DNA from: an uncultured Chlamydiae bacterium
GTDB lineage: Bacteria; Chlamydiota; Chlamydiia; Chlamydiales; JAJFMB01
NCBI GenBank assembly: GCA_963696295.1
Contig: CAVOJR010000001.1
Location: 736,001 to 800,000 of the forward strand
DNA length: 64,000 bases
Direction: 5' to 3'
This document shows positions 9,101 to 17,358 of the stretch, piece after piece. Position numbers and translations under genes: made by a program. Positions within the stretch are counted from its first letter, which is position 1. The number at the start of each line of letters is the position of its first letter. The notes under the pieces were generated by a model that was given only the letters and a program-made list of their open reading frames with translations, ran no database searches and was not told the DNA's origin.

Positions 9101-11305
9101 GACCGCATTGAAAATGTCGTAGGCAAACGTTTCGTATGTGCCGTCAGGATAGGTAATTTGGACCACGCGCCCAAGCTCGTCATACTGATATTTTGTGGCA
9201 TTGCCGTTCCAGTCATGGACGGCGGTGCGGTTTCCGCGCAAATCGTAAGTATAGGAGGTGACAAATGTGCCGTTGACTTTTTCAGCGATGCAGCGATTGG
9301 AAAAATCGTATTCATATTTCTTATGGTAGTTTTCCCATCTTTCTTCAAGGAGATTGTTGTTTTGATCGTAGGCGCGGTGAACGGCTCTGCCAAGGGCGTC
9401 CCTTTCAAGGATCACATTGCCATGCGCATCGTACTCCCAAAACAGGCTGTATTGCTTTTCATTGCGGCTGTCGTAGATCTCTTTTTCCAGCACCCAGCCT
9501 TGGGGGGAATAGTGAATCACGGTCTTCTTGATAAGCTCTTCCTGTTTTGTGGTGAGATTCAAAAACTTCTCTTCGATAATGTGAGGAAGGCCAAAGGGAA
9601 GCTTCCTGCGGGGGGTGACCGTTTCGATGGTGCGCTCGGTCACACCGGTCAAATCATCAATGTCATTCGTGATGCCATCATCCTTGACTGTTTTACACAA
9701 AGTGCAAAATTGGGGATCGTATTCAAAAAAATAACGGATCTTGATGTCGTCATTATCGCAAATAAATTTTGATTTGATCAGATCCGTTCCGGGATAATAG
9801 GTGTATTTAATTTTGAAGCCGGTGACATCGCTTTCGCTCTCAAGAAGATGAGAATCCTTAAAGTAGGTGTAGTTTTTACTATAACAATCGACCTCGCTAC
9901 TAAACGGCAAATGGTTTTCATCAAGCTCTATTTTACCCTCTTTTTTCCCCGTAATTATCCCATACAAATTTTCCACTGTAATGTTTCCGCAATCGTCGTA
10001 TATGAATTGACGGGAAGCATGGGGACGCTTATCGTTTTTGACATGGTGGCAAATAAGCCGGCTCTCATCGTCCCAAACATACCGGTCGCCCTTAAGATTT
10101 TTTAAGACATTGATCAAACGGTATGCCTTGTCATACTCATAGCGCGTGTGGTATCCCAGGGCGTCATAAACATCCGTACAGCCCTTATCTAAATGGTAAA
10201 TAAATTTATGGGTGGTTTCAGCATGATAGGTCGAGCCTACAGGGGCCTTCAAACATTTGACACGATCGATCCGTTTGTCTTTTTTATTGTAATCCCCTGT
10301 GTCGTAGTATTCGATGACACGATAGCGTTGATCGGGAAGAGTGCGTGAGATGATATGCTCTTCACGCCCTTTTTCCGTATCTCTATAGCGGTAAAGAATG
10401 GGAGGGCCGTTCGAGGGAATGGCTTTGGTGATATGAAACCTTTTCTCAACGCCTTTGCGTTTTTCTTTCCAAGAGCGCGGATTATAAGAGGCGTATTCGT
10501 AAACGACGCTGCTCCCGTTGTTGCCATTCACATGATACGTCCCGCGCTCTGAATTGATAACGTTCTGATGAAAGCGCAAGGCAGAGATAGTATTGCCCAA
10601 AGAGTCTATCGAGCGAACCAGCTTTGGTTGATGATTCTCATCATAGAGATAGTGAACTTTCAGACCATTTGGCAGTTGGTTCCACGAGATCTTGTAATGG
10701 AACATCTCAGTTCTGGGATCCAGTAAAGCATCGATAATCTGATCTATTATGCCCGGTTTATACTCTGGGGTATCCTCAAAAATCTCTTTTTTATAATAAT
10801 CAAACGTGTGCCGGCTGCCATCGGGCTGCTTAGCTTCGATCTGTTTATCAATAAAGGAAAGATCGGAATTTATAAGGTTCGTTCTGGCCGAAATAACGCC
10901 TGAACCGCAATTGGTGATGTGCTTGTTAAACTGGTAGTGGAGCTTGGTATCCCCTTTGTAGTGGGCGCTTCGTCCGGATAAATCGGTACAAAACGCATGG
11001 CACGATTCCGTACCTCGGCCCAGCACCTTGATATGGCTGTCGTGATTATGGCGCCATCCGCAAAAAAGAGACCTTGTGAGGTAGTCTGCGCTGGAATAAA
11101 ACCGTTCGTATGAAAGCGGCACGGGCCCAGGTAGTTGGATATCGGCGTGCTGCTCAATATAATCCCCGGTAATGACATTGACGCAGCCGGCTGCGATGGT
11201 AGGCAGCCCTCTTTCCACGTCTGTAATCGGCAGCTCGTAATCAAGCGGAGAATCGGCCCATAAGGGACTAAGAGCCAGGCATAGACAAAAGATTATTTTG
11301 TTCAT
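6149..11305 (-). CDS. RHS/YD-repeat polymorphic toxin with signal peptide and C-terminal alpha/beta-hydrolase-like (DUF687-like) domain
   Basis: Many YD repeats; RHS core end PDPAGYEDGSNLYAYARNNPLIYVDHFGL; C-terminal CHSEG...D...H. Likely start is MNKIIFCLCLALSPLWA at 11305, not 11434. Confidence 0.9.
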   Translation of the reverse strand: MNKIIFCLCLALSPLWADSPLDYELPITDVERGLPTIAAGCVNVITGDYIEQHADIQLPGPVPLSYERFYSSADYLTRSLFCGWRHNHDSHIKVLGRGTESCHAFCTDLSGRSAHYKGDTKLHYQFNKHITNCGSGVISARTNLINSDLSFIDKQIEAKQPDGSRHTFDYYKKEIFEDTPEYKPGIIDQIIDALLDPRTEMFHYKISWNQLPNGLKVHYLYDENHQPKLVRSIDSLGNTISALRFHQNVINSERGTYHVNGNNGSSVVYEYASYNPRSWKEKRKGVEKRFHITKAIPSNGPPILYRYRDTEKGREEHIISRTLPDQRYRVIEYYDTGDYNKKDKRIDRVKCLKAPVGSTYHAETTHKFIYHLDKGCTDVYDALGYHTRYEYDKAYRLINVLKNLKGDRYVWDDESRLICHHVKNDKRPHASRQFIYDDCGNITVENLYGIITGKKEGKIELDENHLPFSSEVDCYSKNYTYFKDSHLLESESDVTGFKIKYTYYPGTDLIKSKFICDNDDIKIRYFFEYDPQFCTLCKTVKDDGITNDIDDLTGVTERTIETVTPRRKLPFGLPHIIEEKFLNLTTKQEELIKKTVIHYSPQGWVLEKEIYDSRNEKQYSLFWEYDAHGNVILERDALGRAVHRAYDQNNNLLEERWENYHKKYEYDFSNRCIAEKVNGTFVTSYTYDLRGNRTAVHDWNGNATKYQYDELGRVVQITYPDGTYETFAYDIFNAVILHQDQCGLITKKKNNILGQPLQIQHPDDSTETNFYTIKGKLAKNCLRNGHVVKYKYDLFGRLIKDENKTYNYNAFHLCSETDREGSTTYYEYDGAGRLIAEKREGRRTTYIYDTLGNQSEVREWLDETRYIAHLKEYDFLGQITKEITDGNTTTYAYDADGNCCSVKIGESLTKTEFDFKRPVRIEDAMGHVTHIEYRYGVMDDFGNSVAQVITTEPSGYQNIVTKNVLNHDAKVERRDPLGHLLSQKKMFYNGKGELLQTKEGLEREITNTWEYSRGHLVRMIEAAGSKEQRITTFKYNQAGEKITTIQPNGLRLHYSYDEKGRLSRLKSKDIDYTYKYNALDLPIEVIDAHGGKTQRKYDPFGKITEETLANSHRLFYEYDPLGRLTRFTLPDRSSVRYKYDFLYLRTIERYSPDGALLYTHVNEEYDAQGRLTKARLPGAAGAITYSYDALSRPVEIAHPLWEQKVHGYYLSGNLIGYNNQTFAYDGLNQLIAEEGHTYEYDSLHNRRMKDGKAYKLNDLNQIADYRYDLNGNLIDDGEATYSYDALNRLTKVTKGGKQYEYLYDPFNRRITKKGDTTLHYLYMEKCEIGSLDEHLRDLRLLRTPATEIGTTIAIEMDGRPYVPLQDINGHIVALLDFDGNKVEERTYTAFGEGSSPQKTPWGYAGKRRDQESGLIYFGNRFYVPHLGRFLNPDPAGYEDGSNLYAYARNNPLIYVDHFGLSSSGIGRLCAVFCSILFSEGGLAVSVNPENGQTHAAPFTGPYKLFGPPRDLSTVSKYYIKENEDGTGICMFQNGVRNNKREYQKNLEYLAQMSKGIPIVGIHQHTCDGEGLLDDFLRYFIYNISGTMSNASTELLTTWVDYVENNPGKRILMFCHSEGAVHVRNALRNCAPEISSQIDVVVIAGGAYIDKDLAGSVAHYCSSRDIVPYLDYFGRRRAIEQGTLHVLEPAFGASYMDHSFRSPTFEDSIELAFKRFRGY

Positions 11306-11372
11306 GAAAACCGCCGGAAAAAAAAATTTCGCAAATCTATATCCGATCCGGCAAATTTTGCGCAAGCAGAAT

Positions 11373-11729
11373 TTATGTTTCCAATTTGTATTTTTGCAAT
11401 CGGCTATTGGGTTTTTCAGGTATGGTATAAGCAATTTTTCCTCGTTTGAGCAGAGAATGAATCACTTTGTTTAAACCGCTGGAAATTTTCTTATGTCCTA
11501 GACTGTTAGCTATTTCCGATTTTGAAAGGTGCCCCTTTTGAAGCAATCTTACTACCCCATCTTCTAATGACTCTTGCCTTGACTCTTGCCTTTGCTTAGC
11601 AGAGACCAGCTCTTCCGATTGAACGCGCACCTCCCAGGTTGGGTCGGGGTTTCCATTTCCTTTGCACCAATCAATTATGCTTAGTGTCCCCATACCCCAT
11701 TTTTCAATCAAACCTGCACGATAAAATAC
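11373..11729 (-). pseudogene. C-terminal remnant of an AlbA/HATPase_c_4 (RecG-C-like) regulator
   Basis: Begins abruptly at VFYRAGLIEKWGMGT and ends IAYTIPEKPNSRLQKY, paralleling the C-terminal half of 17359..19248; 12-bp tandem repeat at 11568-11591. Confidence 0.65.
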
Positions 11730-11773
11730 GAGGTCATATTCCTCTAGAATAAAGATTTAATAGGAAGAAGGTT

Positions 11774-12112
11774 ATGATAGAAGAACGGAATAAATTACTT
11801 ATTGCAATTTTAAATGATCCTGATGCTTCAATAACTGAAAAAGATGATGCAGCAATTCAACTTGGACAGTTCGATGATGAAGTGGCTTTGAATGGTCTTA
11901 TTTCTTTTGGAATGAAGAGAAACGAAGATAAAACTGTGTTAAACTCCTGTGGCGAATAAATAGGTGAAATTTGGGTAAATAGAAACATATTTAACATTCA
12001 AATTTATCACACTTTATCTGGTGCAACACGGTATGGAATATATTATGTTATTAGGCATGATAAACCTGAATGGATTCAAAAATTCATGCTGGACAAGGAC
12101 CAATTCCTTTAA
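11774..12112 (+). pseudogene. Orphan immunity-like (HEAT-like) gene with one in-frame stop
   Basis: Frame continues after TAA at 11957-11959 (SCGE*IGEIWVNRNIF...KDQFL*), 113 codons in total; AGGAAGAAGG RBS. Confidence 0.6.
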
Positions 12113-12192
12113 ATGGCGTAGCATACCTTCTGTAAAAAAGAGTAAAAATAATTATAATTTTACCCTAAAAAAACTGTTCCAATTTTTTCTGG

Positions 12193-12717
12193 TTATTGAA
12201 CAGTTGGGCTCCCTCCTTGAGGTGAAAGCCGAATTCGCTTTCTGGCCGAGTTGACTTGATGCAAGGATAGGCAGAGCATCCAGAAATATATATCTATCCC
12301 TGACGCAAATAAATTCAAAATCAAATCTGGCAGATCGTTCAATCCCTCTTTCCAGAACTCGAATAACACCCTTACAGGAATAGATATCATTATCCACTTT
12401 AACCAAGCTGTTCCTTTATTTCTGTAAGAACATCTAAAAGTGATTAAGAACCAAGGAAGGCTAATAAGAACAGAAAACAATATGCAAATAAACACGCCGA
12501 AGGCAAATCCCGTCTCCATTGAAATGGCTCCTAAGAGTCCTTTTTCAACACAATCTAAAAAAAACGAAAGCTGAGAAATCAAGGTCATAATGACAAATGA
12601 AATCAACCATTGTTTTCGGACTTTTTCTTCATAAGATTGAGTAAACTCCGTTCGCTTTCTTCTAATGAACCCATAAAGCCCTAGCAGAGAAATGAAAATA
12701 ATAGCTGTGATCATCAT
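12193..12717 (-). CDS. Hypothetical integral membrane protein
   Basis: 174 aa with about 5 hydrophobic segments; AGGAA RBS. Confidence 0.7.
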   Translation of the reverse strand: MMITAIIFISLLGLYGFIRRKRTEFTQSYEEKVRKQWLISFVIMTLISQLSFFLDCVEKGLLGAISMETGFAFGVFICILFSVLISLPWFLITFRCSYRNKGTAWLKWIMISIPVRVLFEFWKEGLNDLPDLILNLFASGIDIYFWMLCLSLHQVNSARKRIRLSPQGGSPTVQ

Positions 12718-12840
12718 ATTCCTACTTATTGCAAATTTAAAAAATGTACGTAAACGGTATATTTTTTTCCGTTGTGTGTCAAACCAATTTCTCTTGCAAA
12801 ATATTGTTGAAAAAACTGAAATAGGTCTCTTTTTGGGGAT

Positions 12841-14910
12841 ATGATGAGATTTTTTTTTCTGCTACTTCCTTTTTTCGGACTGGCTTCAGAATATTTTGGA
12901 CAACTAACGGTGGGTGAGGATGTTGTAGTCTCCGAGCCCTATATGCACGGCCCTGTCAATGTCATAACAGGCGATTATGTCGAGAGCAATATAGATATCG
13001 TCCTTCCGGGTCCAAGAGCCATGGTGCTTTGCCAGCGGTATTGCAGCGGAGAGGAGGCGGCGCCTGTCGATGCTCGCTCTAAAGTCTATCCCAATGGGCA
13101 TTACGATTCTGTAAAACGGTATAATGTCCTCACCACCATTGATTTCTATGGAGCAGGGTCGTTATGGTTCAGCAACTTTACAATCGTGAATAGACATCGA
13201 AAGATAATTGTGAAGGCCTCCAACGGCCGCGAGGTGATTTATCAACTGGAATCGCAAAAAGAGGGGCTCTTAAAGTTATTTAGCAAAAAGACTTTTGCCC
13301 CGGGTGAAACTGCCCCTTTTTACCTTTGCCGCTATATTTTTGGAGCAAATGGAAAATTGCGATATAAGATCGAACCTTTGGGGCGCATTTTAAAAATAGA
13401 ATATGAAGAGGGCAAAGTCAAATCATTAAGCCGTTCCGGAGAATGTCACCGGTTTGACTACGATGAGGGAAAAACCACTGTCACCGACCCTTATGGCCGG
13501 ATAACCGTTTACTGGCATGAAAAAAATCAATTGCTCAATATAGACAAGTTTTTAGATCAAAAAGCTTATTATTCCACCTATTTTACTTGGGTAAACGATA
13601 AGCTCGCAAAAAAGGAAATCATTGACTTCCAACAACGGGAAGTGATTTTATCCCAATCTTATTTCTATGATGAGCAGGGCAACCTGATCGAAGAAATACT
13701 TGAGGGAAATTTGACCGGCAGGGGGTGGTCAAGCGACACCAAAACTTACACCTACACCGGTAATCTGCTGCAGACTATCACCACAGCGAGATTAAAAACA
13801 ACGATGCACTATCTACCCGATAGCGATCTCGTGGATGCGATTTATATTCAGGGCGCCCCTTTTCAAAAAAGGGAATTTTTCTTCTACGATGAGAACCACC
13901 TGCTCATCAGGACAATCCAGGATGACGGCAGCGGTCAGAAAGCAGAAGATTATACCGGAGTCACTTTTCGCAAAAGTGAAGAGCGGGAACTGAAAAATGG
14001 TTTGCCCGCTTCAATAATCATTAAGTACTGGAACGAACCCTCTGAAAATGGGGCGACTTTCATAAATTCATCACTGGATTTGGACGAGCGAGGCAAAGCC
14101 GGATCGAAGCGAAGCGGTCCGCATGAGGAGTCCATAGCGTTAGCTATGGACGACGAAGAGGATCGATCCGGCAAAGCCGCAGCCGGCCGAATCCCTGATG
14201 AATTTATGAAAGTGGCCCAAAAAAAGGAGTATCTTTATAACTATGACGGCAAACCGCTTTGTGAGAAAGTTTATACTTACGATAAGAGCTGGGTATTGGA
14301 ATCTGAGCAGCATTGGCATTATGATGCTGCCGGCCGCTGCGTTCAAGAAACAAATGGAACCTATTCCTATGATTGCCTGGGAAATCTCGTGCAGGAAAAC
14401 CAGGCAGAGCACTTCTACGACAAACTCAATCGCAGAGTCAAAACGGTCCGGAACAATTTAGTTGAATCCTGGGAATACGACCTTCTTGGCAACGTCTTGA
14501 GTCACACCGATATATTCCATAACAAAACGGCCTACGCGTACGATGATCTCAACCGCTTGATCGCCATTCGGGACCCTCAGGGGAATACGGAAGAATTCAC
14601 TTACGATGTGCTGAACTATATAACCTCTATCAAGGACAAAATGGGGCGGCGCACGAGTTATCAGAGAACTATCCGCGGAGAGATCTGCTCAACGACCCGC
14701 CCGGACGGCTCGGTGGAATGGCGCAGCTATACCACTGACGGCCTTTTGGCAGAGGAGGGCTTTCCCGGCGGCCTCACCATCCGTTACGCCTACGATGCCT
14801 TTCAGCGCGTGACAGAGCAAGAATGGTTTTTGCATGGTAAGCCGCAAAGGAAAATCACTAACCGCTACAGCGCATTTTTCAAGCTGGGAACTGAGGAGAA
14901 GCCGATTTGA
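12841..14910 (+). CDS. Secreted YD-repeat protein lacking RHS core and toxin tip, with an in-frame palindromic insertion
   Basis: Signal-like MMRFFFLLLPFFGLA; N-terminus VNVITGDY..DIVLPG matches the neighbouring RHS; YD repeats; no DPxG core. Confidence 0.8.
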   Translation: MMRFFFLLLPFFGLASEYFGQLTVGEDVVVSEPYMHGPVNVITGDYVESNIDIVLPGPRAMVLCQRYCSGEEAAPVDARSKVYPNGHYDSVKRYNVLTTIDFYGAGSLWFSNFTIVNRHRKIIVKASNGREVIYQLESQKEGLLKLFSKKTFAPGETAPFYLCRYIFGANGKLRYKIEPLGRILKIEYEEGKVKSLSRSGECHRFDYDEGKTTVTDPYGRITVYWHEKNQLLNIDKFLDQKAYYSTYFTWVNDKLAKKEIIDFQQREVILSQSYFYDEQGNLIEEILEGNLTGRGWSSDTKTYTYTGNLLQTITTARLKTTMHYLPDSDLVDAIYIQGAPFQKREFFFYDENHLLIRTIQDDGSGQKAEDYTGVTFRKSEERELKNGLPASIIIKYWNEPSENGATFINSSLDLDERGKAGSKRSGPHEESIALAMDDEEDRSGKAAAGRIPDEFMKVAQKKEYLYNYDGKPLCEKVYTYDKSWVLESEQHWHYDAAGRCVQETNGTYSYDCLGNLVQENQAEHFYDKLNRRVKTVRNNLVESWEYDLLGNVLSHTDIFHNKTAYAYDDLNRLIAIRDPQGNTEEFTYDVLNYITSIKDKMGRRTSYQRTIRGEICSTTRPDGSVEWRSYTTDGLLAEEGFPGGLTIRYAYDAFQRVTEQEWFLHGKPQRKITNRYSAFFKLGTEEKPI
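14051..14218. repeat. Palindromic element copy 1 (MITE/RPE-like), in frame in a CDS
   Basis: 23-bp terminal IR with 1 mismatch (14051-14073 / 14196-14218); inner 10-bp IR (14098-14107 / 14163-14172); central 9-bp hairpin 14130-14151; length 168 bp. Confidence 0.85.
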
Positions 14911-15745
14911 CTTTGGGAACTTTCGTGGGATCGGAAAGCTTCAACGTATCAAAAATCCCCCAATTTGTCATCAGGGAATCATAGCTTCCGTCTTGGATGA
15001 TTTTATGTAAGCCTTCATTGAACTTCAAAATGAACGCAGAGGAATCAGGATCTTTTTTAGCCATCAAACGCAAACCTTCATCAGTCAGCGGCCTGCCGAC
15101 AATCTTCAGTTTTCCGGCATAAACGCTTTCGATATTGGCATAGGCTGGTAATGCCTCCATAATCACCGCGTCGATTTCGTCCTCCTGCAAATCATCCAGG
15201 GCCTCACGCATATTTTCATAAGTTCTAAAGAGAATAGTGGGATAGTCGCGTATGCGGAAAACTAAGGGGGAACCCGATTGAATAGCTACCATTTCCCCGC
15301 CCAAATCAGCAAAGGAACGGATGTCGGAATTCTTCATGACTACTATCAATGGGCCGGTCAAATAAATCGGATCGGAGAAGACATACCTGGCCTCGAGCAT
15401 AGGGTTTGGATCCATTGAAGTCACAATGGCATCATATATTCCGCGATTCAATCCATCCATAAGATCGTCCCTGCTGGCGGAATAGAGAAGGATCTTTAAA
15501 TGTTCCTCCTTGGCGATCATCCCAAAAAGATCGTTGCTGAAAGCGACCATGTTGCGCTCTTTGCCCATGAAATCTAGCGGATACCAGCTGGGGTCGCGCC
15601 CTATGCGATAGATCTTTTCCTGATGCCCTTTCCCCGTGCAGGAACGGACCAGAAGTCCTAATAGCAGCAGGACAATCACGGCGAGGCCGATAATTTTCAT
15701 CGCTCTGCTGGAAAATTTTCTCTCTTTCTTTTTTTGCTTTGCCAT
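14879..15745 (-). CDS. Amino-acid ABC transporter substrate-binding protein (family 3, FliY/GlnH-like)
   Basis: N-terminal membrane anchor; motifs IGRDPSWYPLDF, FSDPIY, IDAVI, GSYDSLMTNW; divergent from hemH. Confidence 0.85.
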   Translation of the reverse strand: MAKQKKKERKFSSRAMKIIGLAVIVLLLLGLLVRSCTGKGHQEKIYRIGRDPSWYPLDFMGKERNMVAFSNDLFGMIAKEEHLKILLYSASRDDLMDGLNRGIYDAIVTSMDPNPMLEARYVFSDPIYLTGPLIVVMKNSDIRSFADLGGEMVAIQSGSPLVFRIRDYPTILFRTYENMREALDDLQEDEIDAVIMEALPAYANIESVYAGKLKIVGRPLTDEGLRLMAKKDPDSSAFILKFNEGLHKIIQDGSYDSLMTNWGIFDTLKLSDPTKVPKVKSASPQFPA

Positions 15746-15802
15746 AAAGACTCGTTTCCGTTTAGATTTATCATATTCATAAATTAGCATAAAAATCCAG
15801 TC

Positions 15803-16777
15803 ATGAAAAAAAAAATCGCCTATATCATCGCCAATTTCGGCGGTCCGAGAGACCTCAACGAGATCAAACCCTTCCTAACAGAACTGCTCACCGACCGGGA
15901 CGTCATCCGCACACGCTTGCCGCTGTGGCTGCAAACCATTATCTTCAAACGCGTTGCAAAAAAAAGAGCCAAATCGATTGCTAAAGATTACCAGTTAATC
16001 GGCGGAAAATCGCCCATCTTTGCCGATACGGAAGCCATTGCCAAAAAGCTCCCTTTGGATGGACCGGTAATCCCCTTCCATCGCTATTTGCCCGCCACTC
16101 ATGCGGAATTTAAGAAACGGCTGGCCAACATTCCTTGCGACGAAATACGGTGTTTTCCGATGTTTCCCCAGTTTACTTATGGGACCACAGGGAGCATCGC
16201 GCGCTGGTTTCAAGAAAATTTGCCAAAAGAGACGGTGGTGAAAATGAGGTGGGTCAAATCGTATGCGAGCGATCCAGGCTTTGTCTCTATTTACCAGAAG
16301 CTGATCCGGGAGTATATGGAAGGGCACAATCTCAAAGAGGAAGAGAGCATCCTGCTCTTTTCTGCGCATGGCGTCCCTCAAACGTTCGTATCCGAAGGGG
16401 ATATTTACCTGGATGAATGCGAATACTCTTATGAGCTCGTGAAAGCCGCCTTTCCCAAATGCCTCCCCCGCTTGTCCTTTCAGTCCCAATTCGGCAAGGA
16501 GGCGTGGATTAAGCCCTACACCAGCGAAGTCTGCCAAGAGATTCTGCAATGGAATGAGGGGCGTAAGGCGGTGCTTTTTATTCCGATCGCCTTCACCTCA
16601 GACCACATCGAGACTCTCTTTGAAGTTGAAGAGCAGTACATGACAGTGATCCGGGAAAAAGGGCTTGAGGCCTACCGCGTTCCAGCCCTGAACCAGGATG
16701 CCGGATGGCTGGAGGCTATCTCCAAGATGTTGAACGGCAAAGACTTTTGCAATAACCAAATGCTTATTAGAAATTAA
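15803..16777 (+). CDS. hemH: Ferrochelatase
   Basis: NFGGP, IGGKSPI, LLFSAHGVP, FQSQFG..WIKP, FTSDHIETLFE motifs. Confidence 0.95.
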   Translation: MKKKIAYIIANFGGPRDLNEIKPFLTELLTDRDVIRTRLPLWLQTIIFKRVAKKRAKSIAKDYQLIGGKSPIFADTEAIAKKLPLDGPVIPFHRYLPATHAEFKKRLANIPCDEIRCFPMFPQFTYGTTGSIARWFQENLPKETVVKMRWVKSYASDPGFVSIYQKLIREYMEGHNLKEEESILLFSAHGVPQTFVSEGDIYLDECEYSYELVKAAFPKCLPRLSFQSQFGKEAWIKPYTSEVCQEILQWNEGRKAVLFIPIAFTSDHIETLFEVEEQYMTVIREKGLEAYRVPALNQDAGWLEAISKMLNGKDFCNNQMLIRN

Positions 16778-17280
16778 GGATATAGCAGCGTCCCTTTTTT
16801 CACTTTTAAGAAGGGGGTGAGGTGGTGCGTCTTGACATTTTTTTCATTGAGGATATGCATGACCTTCCACTTTCGCAAAGTCAGGGCATCGGCGATAAGG
16901 GAACGATGGCAGCGCCACGGAACGGCTTCGGCGCACAGGATGGCGGCCTTCTCTTTTTTTCCGATGTTTTCCAGCTCTTCAATCCCTTCCCAAAAATCGT
17001 CCGTTTGCATGTAGTCGGCAAAGCCGCGAAAAGAGAGATTCCGCCATCCCAAATTGACTGAGTCTTTAGCCGCGTGGCGAAGTCCTCCCAATTTCTCAAG
17101 ATGCCGGTATTGAATGCCCGCTTCCTTTAAAGAGGCTTCCAAGTCTTCGTCATTAAATTGGGGATTGTGCCGCGATTTCGGCACCGTTCTGACATCGACG
17201 ACTATTTTAATCCCGAAACTTTTCAGGAGAGAGATGAACTCTTCGATAGAGCGGGTAGAGTGGCCTATTGTGTAAATCAT
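16774..17280 (-). CDS. DUF488 family protein
   Basis: MIYTIGHSTR, VDVRTVPKSRHNPQFN, LGGLR, LCAEAVPWRCHRSLIAD. Confidence 0.9.
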   Translation of the reverse strand: MIYTIGHSTRSIEEFISLLKSFGIKIVVDVRTVPKSRHNPQFNDEDLEASLKEAGIQYRHLEKLGGLRHAAKDSVNLGWRNLSFRGFADYMQTDDFWEGIEELENIGKKEKAAILCAEAVPWRCHRSLIADALTLRKWKVMHILNEKNVKTHHLTPFLKVKKGTLLYP

Positions 17281-17358
17281 ATTTCCATTTATTGAAATTC
17301 CGCTTTTCCTTGCAATGTAAAACGTGATAGAATTTTGCGGGTCAAAAGGAGCTGTCAA

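Noticed and set aside
6443..11244. Many short ORFs overlapping the RHS gene
   Set aside because: Alternate-frame or antisense shadows.
11306..11434. N-terminal extension of the RHS ORF in the track
   Set aside because: Overlaps the upstream remnant gene; the signal peptide begins at 11305.
13950..14174. Minus-strand ORF containing DEFMKVA
   Set aside because: Only mirrors the palindromic element; not a gene.
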